Below are positions 38,720-49,277 of a stretch of 64,000 nt of DNA, in pieces. The translations under genes were made by a program, and so were the position numbers. Source of the DNA: Candidatus Bathyarchaeia archaeon. Its GTDB lineage: Archaea; Thermoproteota; Bathyarchaeia; Bathyarchaeales; Bathycorpusculaceae. The notes beneath the pieces are model-generated. The model was not told where the DNA came from. It saw only the letters and a program-made list of their open reading frames with translations, and ran no database searches. The first letter of the stretch is position 1. Each line of letters opens with the position of its first letter. The stretch is taken from positions 608,001 to 672,000 of the forward strand of contig JBEKOM010000001.1 of the NCBI GenBank assembly GCA_049521795.1, given 5' to 3'.

Positions 38720-39277
38720 ATGATCTTGAGCAATGCGAACAAAGTCTTGAAGGAAATTGAAAGCATGAGCGAGAGGAAATTTCTACCCATCGTGGGACCC
38801 GACAAGGGTCGCGTACTAGTGAGAGTCATCCATGAAATAAAGCCCAAGCGAGTATTGGAGGTCGGAACACTAGTCGGCTACTCAGCAATCCTTATGGCAA
38901 AAGAGCTTGAAAGCGACGCGCATCTGATCACCATTGAAATTCACGCAGATGAGGCTGAGATGGCAAGGGAGAACATAAAGAAGGCAGAGGTGTCCCACAG
39001 CATAGATGTTCTCGTTGGCGACGCGGTCGAAGTTATACCGAAACTAGCTGGCAAGTTCGACATGGTCTTCATCGACGCAGAAAAGACAGAATACCTGCGC
39101 TATCTGCAACTTGTCCAGCGAAAACTCCATCGAGGAAGCGTCGTCGTAGCGGACAACGCAGGCATCTTTGCTGATCAAATGAAAGATTACCTGAATTATG
39201 TGAGGTCTTCAGGAAAGTACCGCAGCGAATACGTGCCTTTCGGTGAAGACGGGGTAGAAGTGAGTGTCAAACTGTAA
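38720..39277 (+). CDS. COMT-like O-methyltransferase
   Basis: LEVGTLVGYS, FDMVFIDA.K and VADN motifs. Confidence 0.92.
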   Translation: MILSNANKVLKEIESMSERKFLPIVGPDKGRVLVRVIHEIKPKRVLEVGTLVGYSAILMAKELESDAHLITIEIHADEAEMARENIKKAEVSHSIDVLVGDAVEVIPKLAGKFDMVFIDAEKTEYLRYLQLVQRKLHRGSVVVADNAGIFADQMKDYLNYVRSSGKYRSEYVPFGEDGVEVSVKL

Positions 39278-39435
39278 CGAGCGCGCGCTAGGTAAAACGC
39301 ATATGCAAAACGTATATACAAAACGTATAAGCTTTCACTTTCGTTTTTTTTGGCGAATTTAAGGATAAGCCAGCCGGCCTCAAGGTCTTTTCGTCGCTGG
39401 AGAATGAACTGCGCTGTGGATGGAGAGCGCAAGTT

Positions 39436-40209
39436 CTAGGAGATGTACGTGACTTTCTTGTCCTCTTCTTTTCGTGTTTCTTCGGCCTGAAGGACTCTTT
39501 TTTCTTCGATCTTCTGCAGTCGTGTGACCATCTTTTCGCCCTTCGCTATCTCTTCATCCAAGCCTGCGAGGTTAGCGTCAAAATCGAGCATCAACTGCAG
39601 TATTTCTAGCACGCTCTTGGCAGACCTCGGGTCGGGCAGGTATCCTCTGGTCTCACCTAGAAGGCATAGAGCGTCTATTCCCCTGAAATGAGAAAGTCCT
39701 AGAATCAGGCCTGCCGTGCCGACGATGGGGCTTCCAGTCGGACTCACTTCTGCTCCGGCCTTCAAGGCTTTGTTCAGGAGTTCTTGGTCCGTGGCTGCTG
39801 CGACGACTTTCGGCTTGTCCTTGGCCTCCATTCGGTATCCGCCGATCGTTATTATCAATTTCACTTCATGCTGTTTGGCGAAGTTCAGTATCCGGTCAGA
39901 AATCTCGTACTGCCCCTCAATCGTTTGCGCTTGACTGTCACCTGTGAACAGGATCAAGTCGTTCTTTCCGTTCTTGTTCTTCCAGAAGTGGAATGCTCCT
40001 CGCAGAAGCCTGACGTTTCCCTTCTTGCTGACGATCACGAAATATGGAAAGTGTGGGGAGTAGAGGTAAGCGAACTTTTCAGCCTTCAACTGCTTGACCA
40101 GGTGGCGTATGGCAATTTTCCCGACGAGTCCCAGGCCTGGGAGTCCTTCGATCAAAATCGGATTCTTCAACTCGGCTTTCGCGACTTCTTTAATGAACGT
40201 CTCTTTCAC
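39436..40209 (-). CDS. PAC2 family proteasome assembly chaperone
   Basis: EGLPGLGLVG, GDSQ and DPRSA motifs; conserved position after nop10. Confidence 0.92.
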   Translation of the reverse strand: MKETFIKEVAKAELKNPILIEGLPGLGLVGKIAIRHLVKQLKAEKFAYLYSPHFPYFVIVSKKGNVRLLRGAFHFWKNKNGKNDLILFTGDSQAQTIEGQYEISDRILNFAKQHEVKLIITIGGYRMEAKDKPKVVAAATDQELLNKALKAGAEVSPTGSPIVGTAGLILGLSHFRGIDALCLLGETRGYLPDPRSAKSVLEILQLMLDFDANLAGLDEEIAKGEKMVTRLQKIEEKRVLQAEETRKEEDKKVTYIS

Positions 40210-40376
40210 CGTGTTGAACTCTCCTGTTTGAGGGCCATCCTGTACCTGAGATACTTGTCATCAGGCGAGAACTTTGGTGGGTGTGGCACGAGAACTTTTC
40301 CTCCGCAGTATGGGCACTTGTCATTCCTCAACGTGTAGCTTTGACAGTTCTCGCATTTTCGCAGAAGCCAGACCAT
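40206..40376 (-). CDS. nop10: H/ACA RNP protein Nop10
   Basis: Manual translation MVWLLRKCENCQSYTLRNDKCPYCGG...HPPKFSPDDKY (56 aa, not in the ORF track). Confidence 0.93.
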   Translation of the reverse strand: MVWLLRKCENCQSYTLRNDKCPYCGGKVLVPHPPKFSPDDKYLRYRMALKQESSTR

Positions 40377-41164
40377 CACTTGTCCCTTCTAAACGTGCCC
40401 TGACCTCCGGCTTTGGAGACGTTCGAGACAACATTCTCCGCAACTTTCTGCAAGACGTCTTCAGCATGCTTGTAATCTTCAGCCAACACCTCGATGCTGT
40501 ACTTCGGTGCAGCGGTGACGTAGAAGCGAAGCTTTGCGCTGCCAAGTTTCTCACCCTTCTTGGCGCTTGCGAAGGCTTCTTTAATTATTTTCACACCATT
40601 CGGCTTCACGCAGCGCAGCTCAACCGTGCCCTTGACTTTGACCATGGGAATGCGTATTCTTTCTTGGACGACTTCAATGATCACCTTGGCAACGTCTTCG
40701 GGCACGCCTACCTTTGTCAGGACATCTGGGCCCTCTTTCACCGCTCTTTCAAAGCCTTCGTACAACCCGTATTCGGCCTCCAAGGGTTTTCCTGCTTTTT
40801 CATAAATCTCCTCAAGCGGCATGCGAGTTTTCTCAGCGATGTCTCGAAGCAGGGCTTCTGCCTTTCTCTCTTTTTTCCAGAACATTATCTTCTCGATTCT
40901 TTCTCTTTTCGTTACTCGTCTCAATGACAAATCTATGTGTCCCTTTTCTGTGTCGACGCGCAAGACTTTCAACACGATCTTCTGGCCTTCACGGACGAAG
41001 TCGCGAATGTTTCGAATCCAAGAAGAAGATATTTCAGAAACGTGCAGCAACCCCTTCTTGCCATACTCATCCAGCTTTACGTAGGCACCGTAGTCAGTAA
41101 CAGTCTCCACCGTGCCCATGACTAGGTCACCGGGTTCAGGCCATTCCTGCTTATTAAGCGCCAT
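40376..41164 (-). CDS. eif2a: Translation initiation factor aIF2 alpha
   Basis: S1 domain GAYVKLDEY...KGHIDLSLRRV and APKY motif. Confidence 0.96.
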   Translation of the reverse strand: MALNKQEWPEPGDLVMGTVETVTDYGAYVKLDEYGKKGLLHVSEISSSWIRNIRDFVREGQKIVLKVLRVDTEKGHIDLSLRRVTKRERIEKIMFWKKERKAEALLRDIAEKTRMPLEEIYEKAGKPLEAEYGLYEGFERAVKEGPDVLTKVGVPEDVAKVIIEVVQERIRIPMVKVKGTVELRCVKPNGVKIIKEAFASAKKGEKLGSAKLRFYVTAAPKYSIEVLAEDYKHAEDVLQKVAENVVSNVSKAGGQGTFRRDK

Positions 41165-41176
41165 TAGAACTCATCC

Positions 41177-41374
41177 CTATTCAAAAACCGCGATTATTTC
41201 ACCCTTGATCTTTGCCTTTCCACCAGAAGGCTCTGCAAGGATGATTCCACAGACGTTGCAGCTTACCTTGTTAACCGCGCTGCTGAACACCATCTGCTCA
41301 TTGCCACATTTCAAGCATTTGACTCGGATGAAACTGCTTCTCGGCCTCGGAATAAGTTTTTCCCACTCTGACAA
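41177..41374 (-). CDS. rps27e: Ribosomal protein S27e
   Basis: PRSSFIRVKC..C...C..C...P.GGKA. Confidence 0.96.
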   Translation of the reverse strand: MSEWEKLIPRPRSSFIRVKCLKCGNEQMVFSSAVNKVSCNVCGIILAEPSGGKAKIKGEIIAVFE

Positions 41375-41389
41375 GATCTTCCCTCCTCA

Positions 41390-41668
41390 TCAAGCGATGA
41401 CCAATTTTCTTAACCGCATGCCATCCTTGTGTCTCATGAAGCCGCAAACCTTGCATTTCAACTTCAAAGTCTGCTTCTTCGTTGTCTTAGCAAACTCTCT
41501 TTGAAGCGGATACTTTTGTCCGCCGTACCCCCTCTTTTCTCGCAGTTCATGGCGACGTTCACCCTTCGCTAGGGGTCTGCGCTTGCCAGCCTTGTACAGA
41601 GTAACCGAGTGAGCCTGATGCTGCTTACACCTCGGACAGTATGTCCTTACTTCTTTTGGAACATTCAC
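41390..41668 (-). CDS. rpl44e: Ribosomal protein L44e
   Basis: RTYCPRC, GYGGQ and KTTKK motifs. Confidence 0.96.
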   Translation of the reverse strand: MNVPKEVRTYCPRCKQHQAHSVTLYKAGKRRPLAKGERRHELREKRGYGGQKYPLQREFAKTTKKQTLKLKCKVCGFMRHKDGMRLRKLVIA

Positions 41669-41860
41669 TATGACACAACCGACTTTGCATAAGGAAGCCG
41701 TACATGTTCTTATACTTTTTCGCGATCAAGCGTGCGTTACATTTCATCTGAATGGTCAACGTAGCGCGCAAGACAAATACCACCAAACAAATATTTGCTG
41801 CCTTGCATATTTACCTCCTTGAAAAGAGCTAGTTAGAATGGGCACGGATAGAGGGTCAGA

Positions 41861-43012
41861 ATGACTGAGATCCCGCGGGCAAATCGGAGATACGTCAATA
41901 TCCTTATGAAATGCTTGCCTATTCTGGCGTTTGTCGTTCCACTCAGCATATTGTACTACTTGGATCCTGGCTCGTTCGATAGGACTTGGGAGGGTAGAAC
42001 ATACTATTTATTCTTCGTGTGGCTCATGATGCTGGAAACGATTCTGAACTGGGATAAGCTGCAGCCAAAGAGGTGGAGGTTGAGATCTGCGTGGACCATT
42101 TCCTTCATAATAGCGCTCTTTGTTCCAACAATCTACGTTATCGGATCCAACTATTACGGGTGGAATGTGACCTTTCTGAATTTCGCTGGAAGATACATAG
42201 GTGATCCTAGTATTTCGCAGTTCATGCCGCTTTCGTTTGAATACCTGGTTTTTACAGTGCTCTTTGTTGCGATTGCCTTTGCGGCATTCGGAGTTGCCAG
42301 CCTCAAAAACTACTCAATCACAGCCGTTTTTCTTGGATTAGTTGGGCTAGTCTACACCGTCAACAATTTGTATCCATATGGGCTTTTCACTCCTTTCCAA
42401 ATTCTTGTTCCAACGACAACGGTTCTTGCGGCTGGGATTCTAAGTATGGTCGGGTACACAACATCCATTGCTTACTCAACAAACTCAAGTCAAGGTTCGA
42501 TGCCAGTCTTGACAGCCACGTCTTCAAGTGGACAATCTGCGCAGTACGCTGTTGCTTGGGCATGCTCAGGTATCGATAGTCTTCTGATATATTCGGTCAC
42601 AATCCTTCTGTTCTTGAAGAGCAGTGCTGTTCCTTGGAAACAAAGGATAGTCTACTTCATTTTCGGGGCTGTCATCACGTACCTCATCAACGCGGCGCGG
42701 ATCGCAACCCTCTTCATGATCGGAGCAGGCGGCGGCAACATCGGTCCTTTTCATGATTATCTTGGTCCGCTCTATTCCATATCTTGGATAATCTCCTATC
42801 CTCTCATAATAATCGCGACTCGAGGTCTGTGGACCAGGATTGTGCCAGAAAGAGCTGGTCTGAATCAAGGTCCAGGGACCTCACAACCGAGGGCTATGGC
42901 AGGGTCTAAGGCTACGGTCGAATCTACCCTGTCTCCACGTTTTCAGCTAAGCCTTGCTTCCTTAAGATCTTGGTGTTCTCGACGGGCAGGGAAGCTACAT
43001 CCTCGGTCTTGA
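41861..43012 (+). CDS. Archaeosortase/exosortase family membrane transpeptidase
   Basis: Multi-TM protein with the Cys-Arg-His triad in context: VAWACSG, INAARI, FHD. Confidence 0.85.
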   Translation: MTEIPRANRRYVNILMKCLPILAFVVPLSILYYLDPGSFDRTWEGRTYYLFFVWLMMLETILNWDKLQPKRWRLRSAWTISFIIALFVPTIYVIGSNYYGWNVTFLNFAGRYIGDPSISQFMPLSFEYLVFTVLFVAIAFAAFGVASLKNYSITAVFLGLVGLVYTVNNLYPYGLFTPFQILVPTTTVLAAGILSMVGYTTSIAYSTNSSQGSMPVLTATSSSGQSAQYAVAWACSGIDSLLIYSVTILLFLKSSAVPWKQRIVYFIFGAVITYLINAARIATLFMIGAGGGNIGPFHDYLGPLYSISWIISYPLIIIATRGLWTRIVPERAGLNQGPGTSQPRAMAGSKATVESTLSPRFQLSLASLRSWCSRRAGKLHPRS

Positions 43013-43472
43013 AAGGACCATAAGTCTTCATATCAGCGCCGATTATTGCTGGAACATCCTTCAAGAAGCGAAGAATAGCCCTTCTATGCTCACCTTCGAT
43101 CTTGATTTTGGGAACGTGTCCCCTGACGATTTCTTTCGCAAAGCCTTGGAAGGCTTCTGCAAGAGGTGAGAGTCTCGAATAAGCCGTTTTCTCCTCAGGT
43201 GCCGTGAGGTCAGGAGGGATTTCTTCGCCTTTGGCCACTTTGCTTATTATTTTTCTGTATCGCGTTTGAATCAGTCCATGAACCATGCGTTTTGCGTTTC
43301 GCATCTCTTCCTCGAGCAGGTTTGTCTTTAACGTTCTCTTGTCTAACATTCGACTCTCTTCTCTGAGCCTTTTCATGTACTCAGCGGCTCTGGAGTAGAA
43401 CTCTGGGGGAAGCTTCTCCAACTCGATGTTCTCAAGCTCAAGCTTCCAGGTCTCGTACAGCTCGTTATACAT
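42924..43472 (-). CDS. GINS51 (Gins15) subunit
   Basis: LPPEFY, R.RKI and C-terminal B domain RFLKDVP...YGPF..EDVA.LP; follows priS. Confidence 0.9.
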   Translation of the reverse strand: MYNELYETWKLELENIELEKLPPEFYSRAAEYMKRLREESRMLDKRTLKTNLLEEEMRNAKRMVHGLIQTRYRKIISKVAKGEEIPPDLTAPEEKTAYSRLSPLAEAFQGFAKEIVRGHVPKIKIEGEHRRAILRFLKDVPAIIGADMKTYGPFKTEDVASLPVENTKILRKQGLAENVETG

Positions 43473-44700
43473 CTTGTACTATTACCTCCGCTCTTTTCTT
43501 GCAAATCAGCAGTAGGGCAGCCGCGTTCGGTAACTCGACCCTTTCATTCCTGTAGGGGCCAAATTCTTCATCGCCTAATCGAAATTCGGGTGCCTTGGAA
43601 ACAAGAACGGTGGTGCAGCCTCCTCTAAAGGCTAGTGCGTTCTTGAAGGGGTCGAAATCGTCTAGGGCTGCGATGGGAAACTCAGTTTTCTTCAAGCCCG
43701 TTTTGCCGTGCAACGTTCCAGGCAGTCTGATCAGGCGGTGAATGTCCGTGGTGACAACCGTGTCCACCTTTGCGGATTGGGACTTTCTCGAGTATTCAGA
43801 AAGTTTTCTGTACGTCTGAGGGCCCACTCCTCTAGGCATTCCCAACGGTTTGGATTCGTTCAGGTTCTTCAAGATTGTATCCTTGTTCTTCATCATGGCC
43901 TCGGCTACGTTCTTCGTCAGCCCCATTTTCTCATAATCTTCCGTCTTAGCGTTGAGAACGATGTTGTTTATTCCTCGGGCAATTCGTCCACGCCAACCAA
44001 CATCTTTCAAAGCCAGAGTTCCAGGACTCTTGTCATCTAGTCCGTGCAAAGCAGCATCAAAGCCCAGGCCGCAAACATAATCAACAATTTCCTTGCGAGC
44101 AGTAGCGTCAAGACTCCCAACTGCTTCGCCTTCGACGTGAACGTGATACCCACGATGGCCTGAGAAGAACAGGTGCACCTCCTTTTCCGAAAAGCCAAAG
44201 TCTCTCATCAGAACATCCAAAAGCCTAGTCGTTTCCAGCTTTGAAGAGGCTAGGCACAACTCACACGGCCAAGTGGTGTTGTCAAACTTTTCTCCCCCGC
44301 AAGACGGACATTTTTCCGGCAGCTCCCCTCTTCCCTTAATCCCGCACTTGCCACAGGTCCACTCGTCATGAACCTTATCACACGACGTGGGGATGTGGTC
44401 AGCGTCAATGTCAAAAACAAGGTCAGCGCCGATCCATCCCTTCGCTGTCATTTCTGGGGCATCGGGCTGCTGGTAGTAGGCACCTGAGTAGTACACATCG
44501 GATGGCACTTCACCACTCAGGAAGTCTTTCAGTTCTTCGACAGCTGCAAAACTTTTGTGCCTAACCATGATCTTATTTCTAAGAAGAAAAACAGCAAACT
44601 CACGTTTCTCAAACGAATGAGGGATACTTATCTCATGAAAACAGTTGGAATAATAACTGAAAAACATCCTCTGTATGAGGTCACAAGTGTTTGCGTACAT
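43465..44700 (-). CDS. priS: DNA primase catalytic subunit PriS (start uncertain)
   Basis: REF, DLVFDIDAD, FSGHRGYH and D..RLIRLPGTLHGKTG motifs. Confidence 0.95.
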   Translation of the reverse strand: MYANTCDLIQRMFFSYYSNCFHEISIPHSFEKREFAVFLLRNKIMVRHKSFAAVEELKDFLSGEVPSDVYYSGAYYQQPDAPEMTAKGWIGADLVFDIDADHIPTSCDKVHDEWTCGKCGIKGRGELPEKCPSCGGEKFDNTTWPCELCLASSKLETTRLLDVLMRDFGFSEKEVHLFFSGHRGYHVHVEGEAVGSLDATARKEIVDYVCGLGFDAALHGLDDKSPGTLALKDVGWRGRIARGINNIVLNAKTEDYEKMGLTKNVAEAMMKNKDTILKNLNESKPLGMPRGVGPQTYRKLSEYSRKSQSAKVDTVVTTDIHRLIRLPGTLHGKTGLKKTEFPIAALDDFDPFKNALAFRGGCTTVLVSKAPEFRLGDEEFGPYRNERVELPNAAALLLICKKRAEVIVQDV

Positions 44701-45066
44701 TCCGCTCATTAAGGAAGTTACGGTGGGCATTTAAAACTCTTCTTCTGAGAAGATATTTTCGGGTACACATCGAATATAGTCAAGAAACGGACTTCACTGG
44801 CAAGATCCACGAAGAAAGTTCATTGCTGCCGCTTGATCAACAACACTGTGTTAAGTGTGTCGGATGGAATGTTTTCAAGTTGCACTTGGGCCTTAAGAGG
44901 ACGTTTGAGAAATAGGGAATAGATTTAAATGACTAAAGCAAGAAAAGGAAATGCGGCATAGTTTGGCGGAGTCGGAAACTAATCACTAGCCGTTCGAAAT
45001 GACGGGAGATCCATGGTTGAAAGCTTGTTAAATGAGCCCACGTTTCAAGAGGCTGAGTGCAGAAAT

Positions 45067-46074
45067 ATGGATTTTCCAGAAGTCACGATAGTAGTACTAA
45101 ACTATAATGGGAAAAAGCACATTCACAGATGCTTGGACTCAATTTTCAAAATGAATTATCCCCAGTTCAAGGTAATCGTGATTGATAACGCCTCTAGCGA
45201 TGGCTCATTGGACTCTGTGAAAAAGCAGTATCCTCAAGTAAAGACGATAAAGTATGATAAGAATCACGGTTTCGCCAAGGCGTACAACATTGGCTTGCAG
45301 AAGATTGAAAACGATTTTATGGTCCTTATGAACAACGATGTTACTGTGGAGCCAGAATGGTTGAGCAGGCTGATGCCTTACATCGTTAACAACAGGGGGG
45401 TCTCAGCGGTCACGCCTAAAATGCTTTTTGTGCAGGATCGAGAGGAAATAAATGCTGCAGGAGGCAAATGCGACATTTACGGTTCCGGCTGGAACCGTGG
45501 AAACGGAGAGGCAGATAACGGTCAATACGAGAAGGTCGAGGAGGTTTTCTATGCCAATTGCGCCGCAATTGTTATTCGCAAGAGTGCATGGGAAGACGTC
45601 GGATCGTTCGATGAGGAGTATTTTCTTTACGGAGAGGACTTAGACTGGTGTTGGCGAGCGAGACTAAAAGGGTATAGAATATTCTATGTTCCAAGTTCCA
45701 GAATCTATCATGAATGGCATGCGTCAAATGGTGAGATGGTGCCGTTTATGGAGCGTTACTGGCTAACAACAATGCTCAAGAACTACGACTCGAAAACCCT
45801 TGCGAGGCTAGGTCCGAAATTACTAGTGTTGAAAGGCTTGGTAGGGGTATGGCTTCTTCTAAACGGTAGAGGCGTGCGTGAAAAACTTGCGGTGTTCGAT
45901 AGCTTCATATGGAACTTGAACATGTTCAAGAAAACGTGGAAAAAGAGGCTTTCAATACAGGCCTCAAGAAAGATTGATGATGGAGAAATTCAGAGACATA
46001 TGTACAAGGGTAGCCTCGAGCTCTCCCTCGGGCTCAAGACGATGAACCACCCGATAACAAAAGAGTGGGCTTGA
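45067..46074 (+). CDS. GT2 glycosyltransferase
   Basis: VVLNYNG, DNAS.D, NND and EDLD motifs. Confidence 0.93.
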   Translation: MDFPEVTIVVLNYNGKKHIHRCLDSIFKMNYPQFKVIVIDNASSDGSLDSVKKQYPQVKTIKYDKNHGFAKAYNIGLQKIENDFMVLMNNDVTVEPEWLSRLMPYIVNNRGVSAVTPKMLFVQDREEINAAGGKCDIYGSGWNRGNGEADNGQYEKVEEVFYANCAAIVIRKSAWEDVGSFDEEYFLYGEDLDWCWRARLKGYRIFYVPSSRIYHEWHASNGEMVPFMERYWLTTMLKNYDSKTLARLGPKLLVLKGLVGVWLLLNGRGVREKLAVFDSFIWNLNMFKKTWKKRLSIQASRKIDDGEIQRHMYKGSLELSLGLKTMNHPITKEWA

Positions 46075-46097
46075 ACTAATACTGAATCAACCGAGCC

Positions 46098-47231
46098 TCA
46101 TTTCGAGCAGGCAATATCAATTGCTTGCTCAAACCTCTTAGCACTTTCTTTCCAAGTGAACCTTTGCGCCGCGATCCTTCCTCTACGTCCAATTCTTCTG
46201 CGCAGCTCAGCATCTTCAACTAGCGAACGCAGACGACGAAGGAACTCAGACGTGTTCTCGACAAGAAACCCAGTTTTCTCATTTAACACCACTTCTCGGT
46301 GGGCACCAATGTCATAAGCGATAACAGGCTTTCCGTTTGCCTGAGCAGCAACAACCGGCAAATCAAAACCTTCCCACTTTGAGCACGTGCAGTAGATATC
46401 GCACGCTGCAAAGCAGAGCTTCAGTGTCTCAAAAGATACATTCGACAATGTTTTCACATTCCCCATGGGACTCTGAATTCCTAAGCTATGAATTGGGCCT
46501 CTCCCAACCAGCAAGAGAACAACGCCAGGGTTTTTCTTCTGAACCACATCAAAAATCCTTGCGATCTCGGTCATTCCCTTGTAAGGAGTGGAAAACCGGC
46601 CAACAGACAAAATCAAAACCTTGTCGTCGATGTGGAGTTCTTCTCTGAACTTCGTAGCTTTTTCATGGTCATGGCAGACAAGATGCTCGATACCGTGGTA
46701 GTTTACGATCGTCCTTTTCTCTTGATACGAAGGGAGAGATTTTCTTGTATGGAAACTGTTGGACATCAAGCAGTCGCAGAAAAAGAAGGACAGATTCCAC
46801 AGGATGGTCTGCCTGAGGGATTCCGTTTTTCTTTCAAAAGAGTCTAGGATCTTCGGGGGTGGCACTCCGAAATAGTACATTATTACCTTTTTCTGTAGGC
46901 GTATCTTGGCTAAAGCGCCTACTATGTGCATGGGATCAACGGTTACGATTATGTCGAAGTCGTCCAAGATTTTGGCTAAAGGGGCGTACGAACGAAAATC
47001 TGTCAAGAAATGGTCGTTCCAGAATTCATTCGCGAAAGGCAAAGAGGCTACATTGTACGCTATTGTCTTGTAGCCGCGGTCTGAGTATTCGTTCTTGTTT
47101 GCGAGCACCGTAATATCATATCCCTGCCGCGAAAGCTCTTTAGATAGGAAATTGACTATTTCATCGACGCCGTACCCTATGAGCATGCTTTTTGCTACGA
47201 TGGCTATTTTCGGATGTCTCACAGTTTGCAC
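46098..47231 (-). CDS. GT4 glycosyltransferase
   Basis: VGRF..YKG and EGFDLP...A..GKPVIA motifs. Confidence 0.92.
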   Translation of the reverse strand: MQTVRHPKIAIVAKSMLIGYGVDEIVNFLSKELSRQGYDITVLANKNEYSDRGYKTIAYNVASLPFANEFWNDHFLTDFRSYAPLAKILDDFDIIVTVDPMHIVGALAKIRLQKKVIMYYFGVPPPKILDSFERKTESLRQTILWNLSFFFCDCLMSNSFHTRKSLPSYQEKRTIVNYHGIEHLVCHDHEKATKFREELHIDDKVLILSVGRFSTPYKGMTEIARIFDVVQKKNPGVVLLLVGRGPIHSLGIQSPMGNVKTLSNVSFETLKLCFAACDIYCTCSKWEGFDLPVVAAQANGKPVIAYDIGAHREVVLNEKTGFLVENTSEFLRRLRSLVEDAELRRRIGRRGRIAAQRFTWKESAKRFEQAIDIACSK

Positions 47232-47244
47232 CTTAGCTTTCTTC

Positions 47245-49182
47245 CTACGGGCTTTCCATGTATACTACAATGGATTTCAGGTACACGTCAGCTGACGTTG
47301 AAGGGTTCAACACGTAAAACATCACTTCGGTGGTCGAAGAAACGATGTTGACAGTGAGTGTGTAGTTCCCAAGCGTCGGTTCTGAGCCGTTGCCTCCGTA
47401 TAGATCTTGTGATTGCAGAATCGTGGCACCTTGAGTCAGTTCGATGGTGCACGCAGATTCTATGCTGGAGTTTGAAATGTTCATTTGATAGGTCACAACA
47501 TACGTACCTTTTGGGAAGACAGAGCTGAACATGATTCTATTGGTTACAATGGGCGTTTCGTAGCTCAGTCGCAAGAGGAAGGGTTGATACATCGCCAGTT
47601 GTCCATGATATCCATGCCTGTACACAAAGATGCCATCAACCGAGGCATAAAGACCATAGCTGCCCTCAAGTCTTTGCAAGTTTTCGAAGGCATACAAGAA
47701 TGTGACTCTAAGCGCGTCCGTGCGCACGTCAGGATTAAGATCCAGTATCACAAAGTCAGGTGTCAAGTTGAATAGTGATTGGACATATTCATCATAGTAT
47801 GACTTGTTGAAGGCAGAGAAGAGTGGGGGAATAACATAGGAATTCAAGCTCGCTGAAACATGGGGGAACAGATCGTACTGCGTGAGAATTGAAGCATTCG
47901 GAAAATCTCTCTGTATCTGCGTTATCAAGGCGTTTAGTCTTTGATCATGCGGACTAATTATTGCCTGCAGGTTCGAAGGCAAAGTTTGAAGAGTCATAAC
48001 AAGCGAAACAAGAACGCATGCTATAAACAGCCTTCGAGCGAGTTTGTTCGCCCTTGCCGCATCTACGTTGAGAATTCGCCGAATCCTGCTGAAGCCTTCT
48101 ATCGCTGCAAGGATGACAAAAGGGGTAACTACGGCGGAGTATTGGTAACCTGTTTGATAGTATGGAGGGTAATTTGACAAGAAAGCCAATAGAATCCAAA
48201 GTAGCACAGGTAACATTCTATTTATTTTGAAAACAGGGAGAAACGCAAACGGAGCAAGGATCATGACCAGATAGAAAAGCTTAGACTGGAGATCGTACTC
48301 GACAGCCTGCAGGATGTTTAAGTACCCCAGATGGATCCAAGACGTTGGATCTAAGGGATTAACACCTAGAATAGACCAGGAAGAACCCTGTCCAAACCCT
48401 TGAGGAGGAGAAGGATTGAAAAAACTGATGAATAGCTTTGCCAAAATGTACCAGCACACTGCAACAGCAATCGTTCCGAAAGCTACGAGTACCCTTTTTG
48501 AAGGGTAACTCTTGGACTTAAACGCACTGATTATCTCCTGTCTGGAAACCAGTAACTCTCCAAAAGCGAAGACTGCAAAAACAATCGGCATGAACTCTTT
48601 CGTGGACAAAGCCAGCAACATGAAAGCAAAATACGGTGTCCAACTGCTCTTTATGAAGAAGTATAGCGCAAATAACGTGAACGGGACAAAGAAGGCATCG
48701 GGATGAAAATCAAATATGTTCACCCCGTAAGTTAGAGGGTAAAGGAGATACAGAAGCGAAAAAAAATAGCCGTATTTTCGGTTTCCTAACACTCGTTGTG
48801 CAATCAAGAAAACCGGATAAGCGCCTACCCCGATAACTATCGACTGAATTACCAGCAAAGTCCCAGCGTTTTGGAAAAGCGCGTACAAAGGGACAACCAC
48901 GAAGAGTATTGGACTGAAATGCACTCCGAAAATTGAACCACTAGGATTCGCATAGAGTTCAGGAGTATAATAGAATAATCGCCCTCTCAGAGTGCTATAG
49001 CATGCCTGATCAAAAATGCCGAGATCCCACGCTGAAGTTTGAAATGAATAATGTTTGACCAAGGATGTAAAGCTCAACAGTATTACATACGTGAGAACCA
49101 TAGCGTGAAGCGGCCAGTGTTTGAACAAGAGTTGAGAACAAGCAGTTCTCAGCCTTTGCAGAGTTGTCTTCTTGTCCTCCAT
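47245..49182 (-). CDS. DUF2079-like polytopic membrane protein (putative GT-C glycosyltransferase)
   Basis: WDLGIFDQ, GVHFSP, DFHP, TKE and QY motifs, many TM segments. Confidence 0.8.
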   Translation of the reverse strand: MEDKKTTLQRLRTACSQLLFKHWPLHAMVLTYVILLSFTSLVKHYSFQTSAWDLGIFDQACYSTLRGRLFYYTPELYANPSGSIFGVHFSPILFVVVPLYALFQNAGTLLVIQSIVIGVGAYPVFLIAQRVLGNRKYGYFFSLLYLLYPLTYGVNIFDFHPDAFFVPFTLFALYFFIKSSWTPYFAFMLLALSTKEFMPIVFAVFAFGELLVSRQEIISAFKSKSYPSKRVLVAFGTIAVAVCWYILAKLFISFFNPSPPQGFGQGSSWSILGVNPLDPTSWIHLGYLNILQAVEYDLQSKLFYLVMILAPFAFLPVFKINRMLPVLLWILLAFLSNYPPYYQTGYQYSAVVTPFVILAAIEGFSRIRRILNVDAARANKLARRLFIACVLVSLVMTLQTLPSNLQAIISPHDQRLNALITQIQRDFPNASILTQYDLFPHVSASLNSYVIPPLFSAFNKSYYDEYVQSLFNLTPDFVILDLNPDVRTDALRVTFLYAFENLQRLEGSYGLYASVDGIFVYRHGYHGQLAMYQPFLLRLSYETPIVTNRIMFSSVFPKGTYVVTYQMNISNSSIESACTIELTQGATILQSQDLYGGNGSEPTLGNYTLTVNIVSSTTEVMFYVLNPSTSADVYLKSIVVYMESP

Positions 49183-49277
49183 CTCAGTCACTTTGACGAG
49201 CAAGGAATGCGGCAATGGACGATCTCTTCGCCACACTGGCACAAGCTTTATGCAGAATGTTCGCGGTTGCCTAGCAC

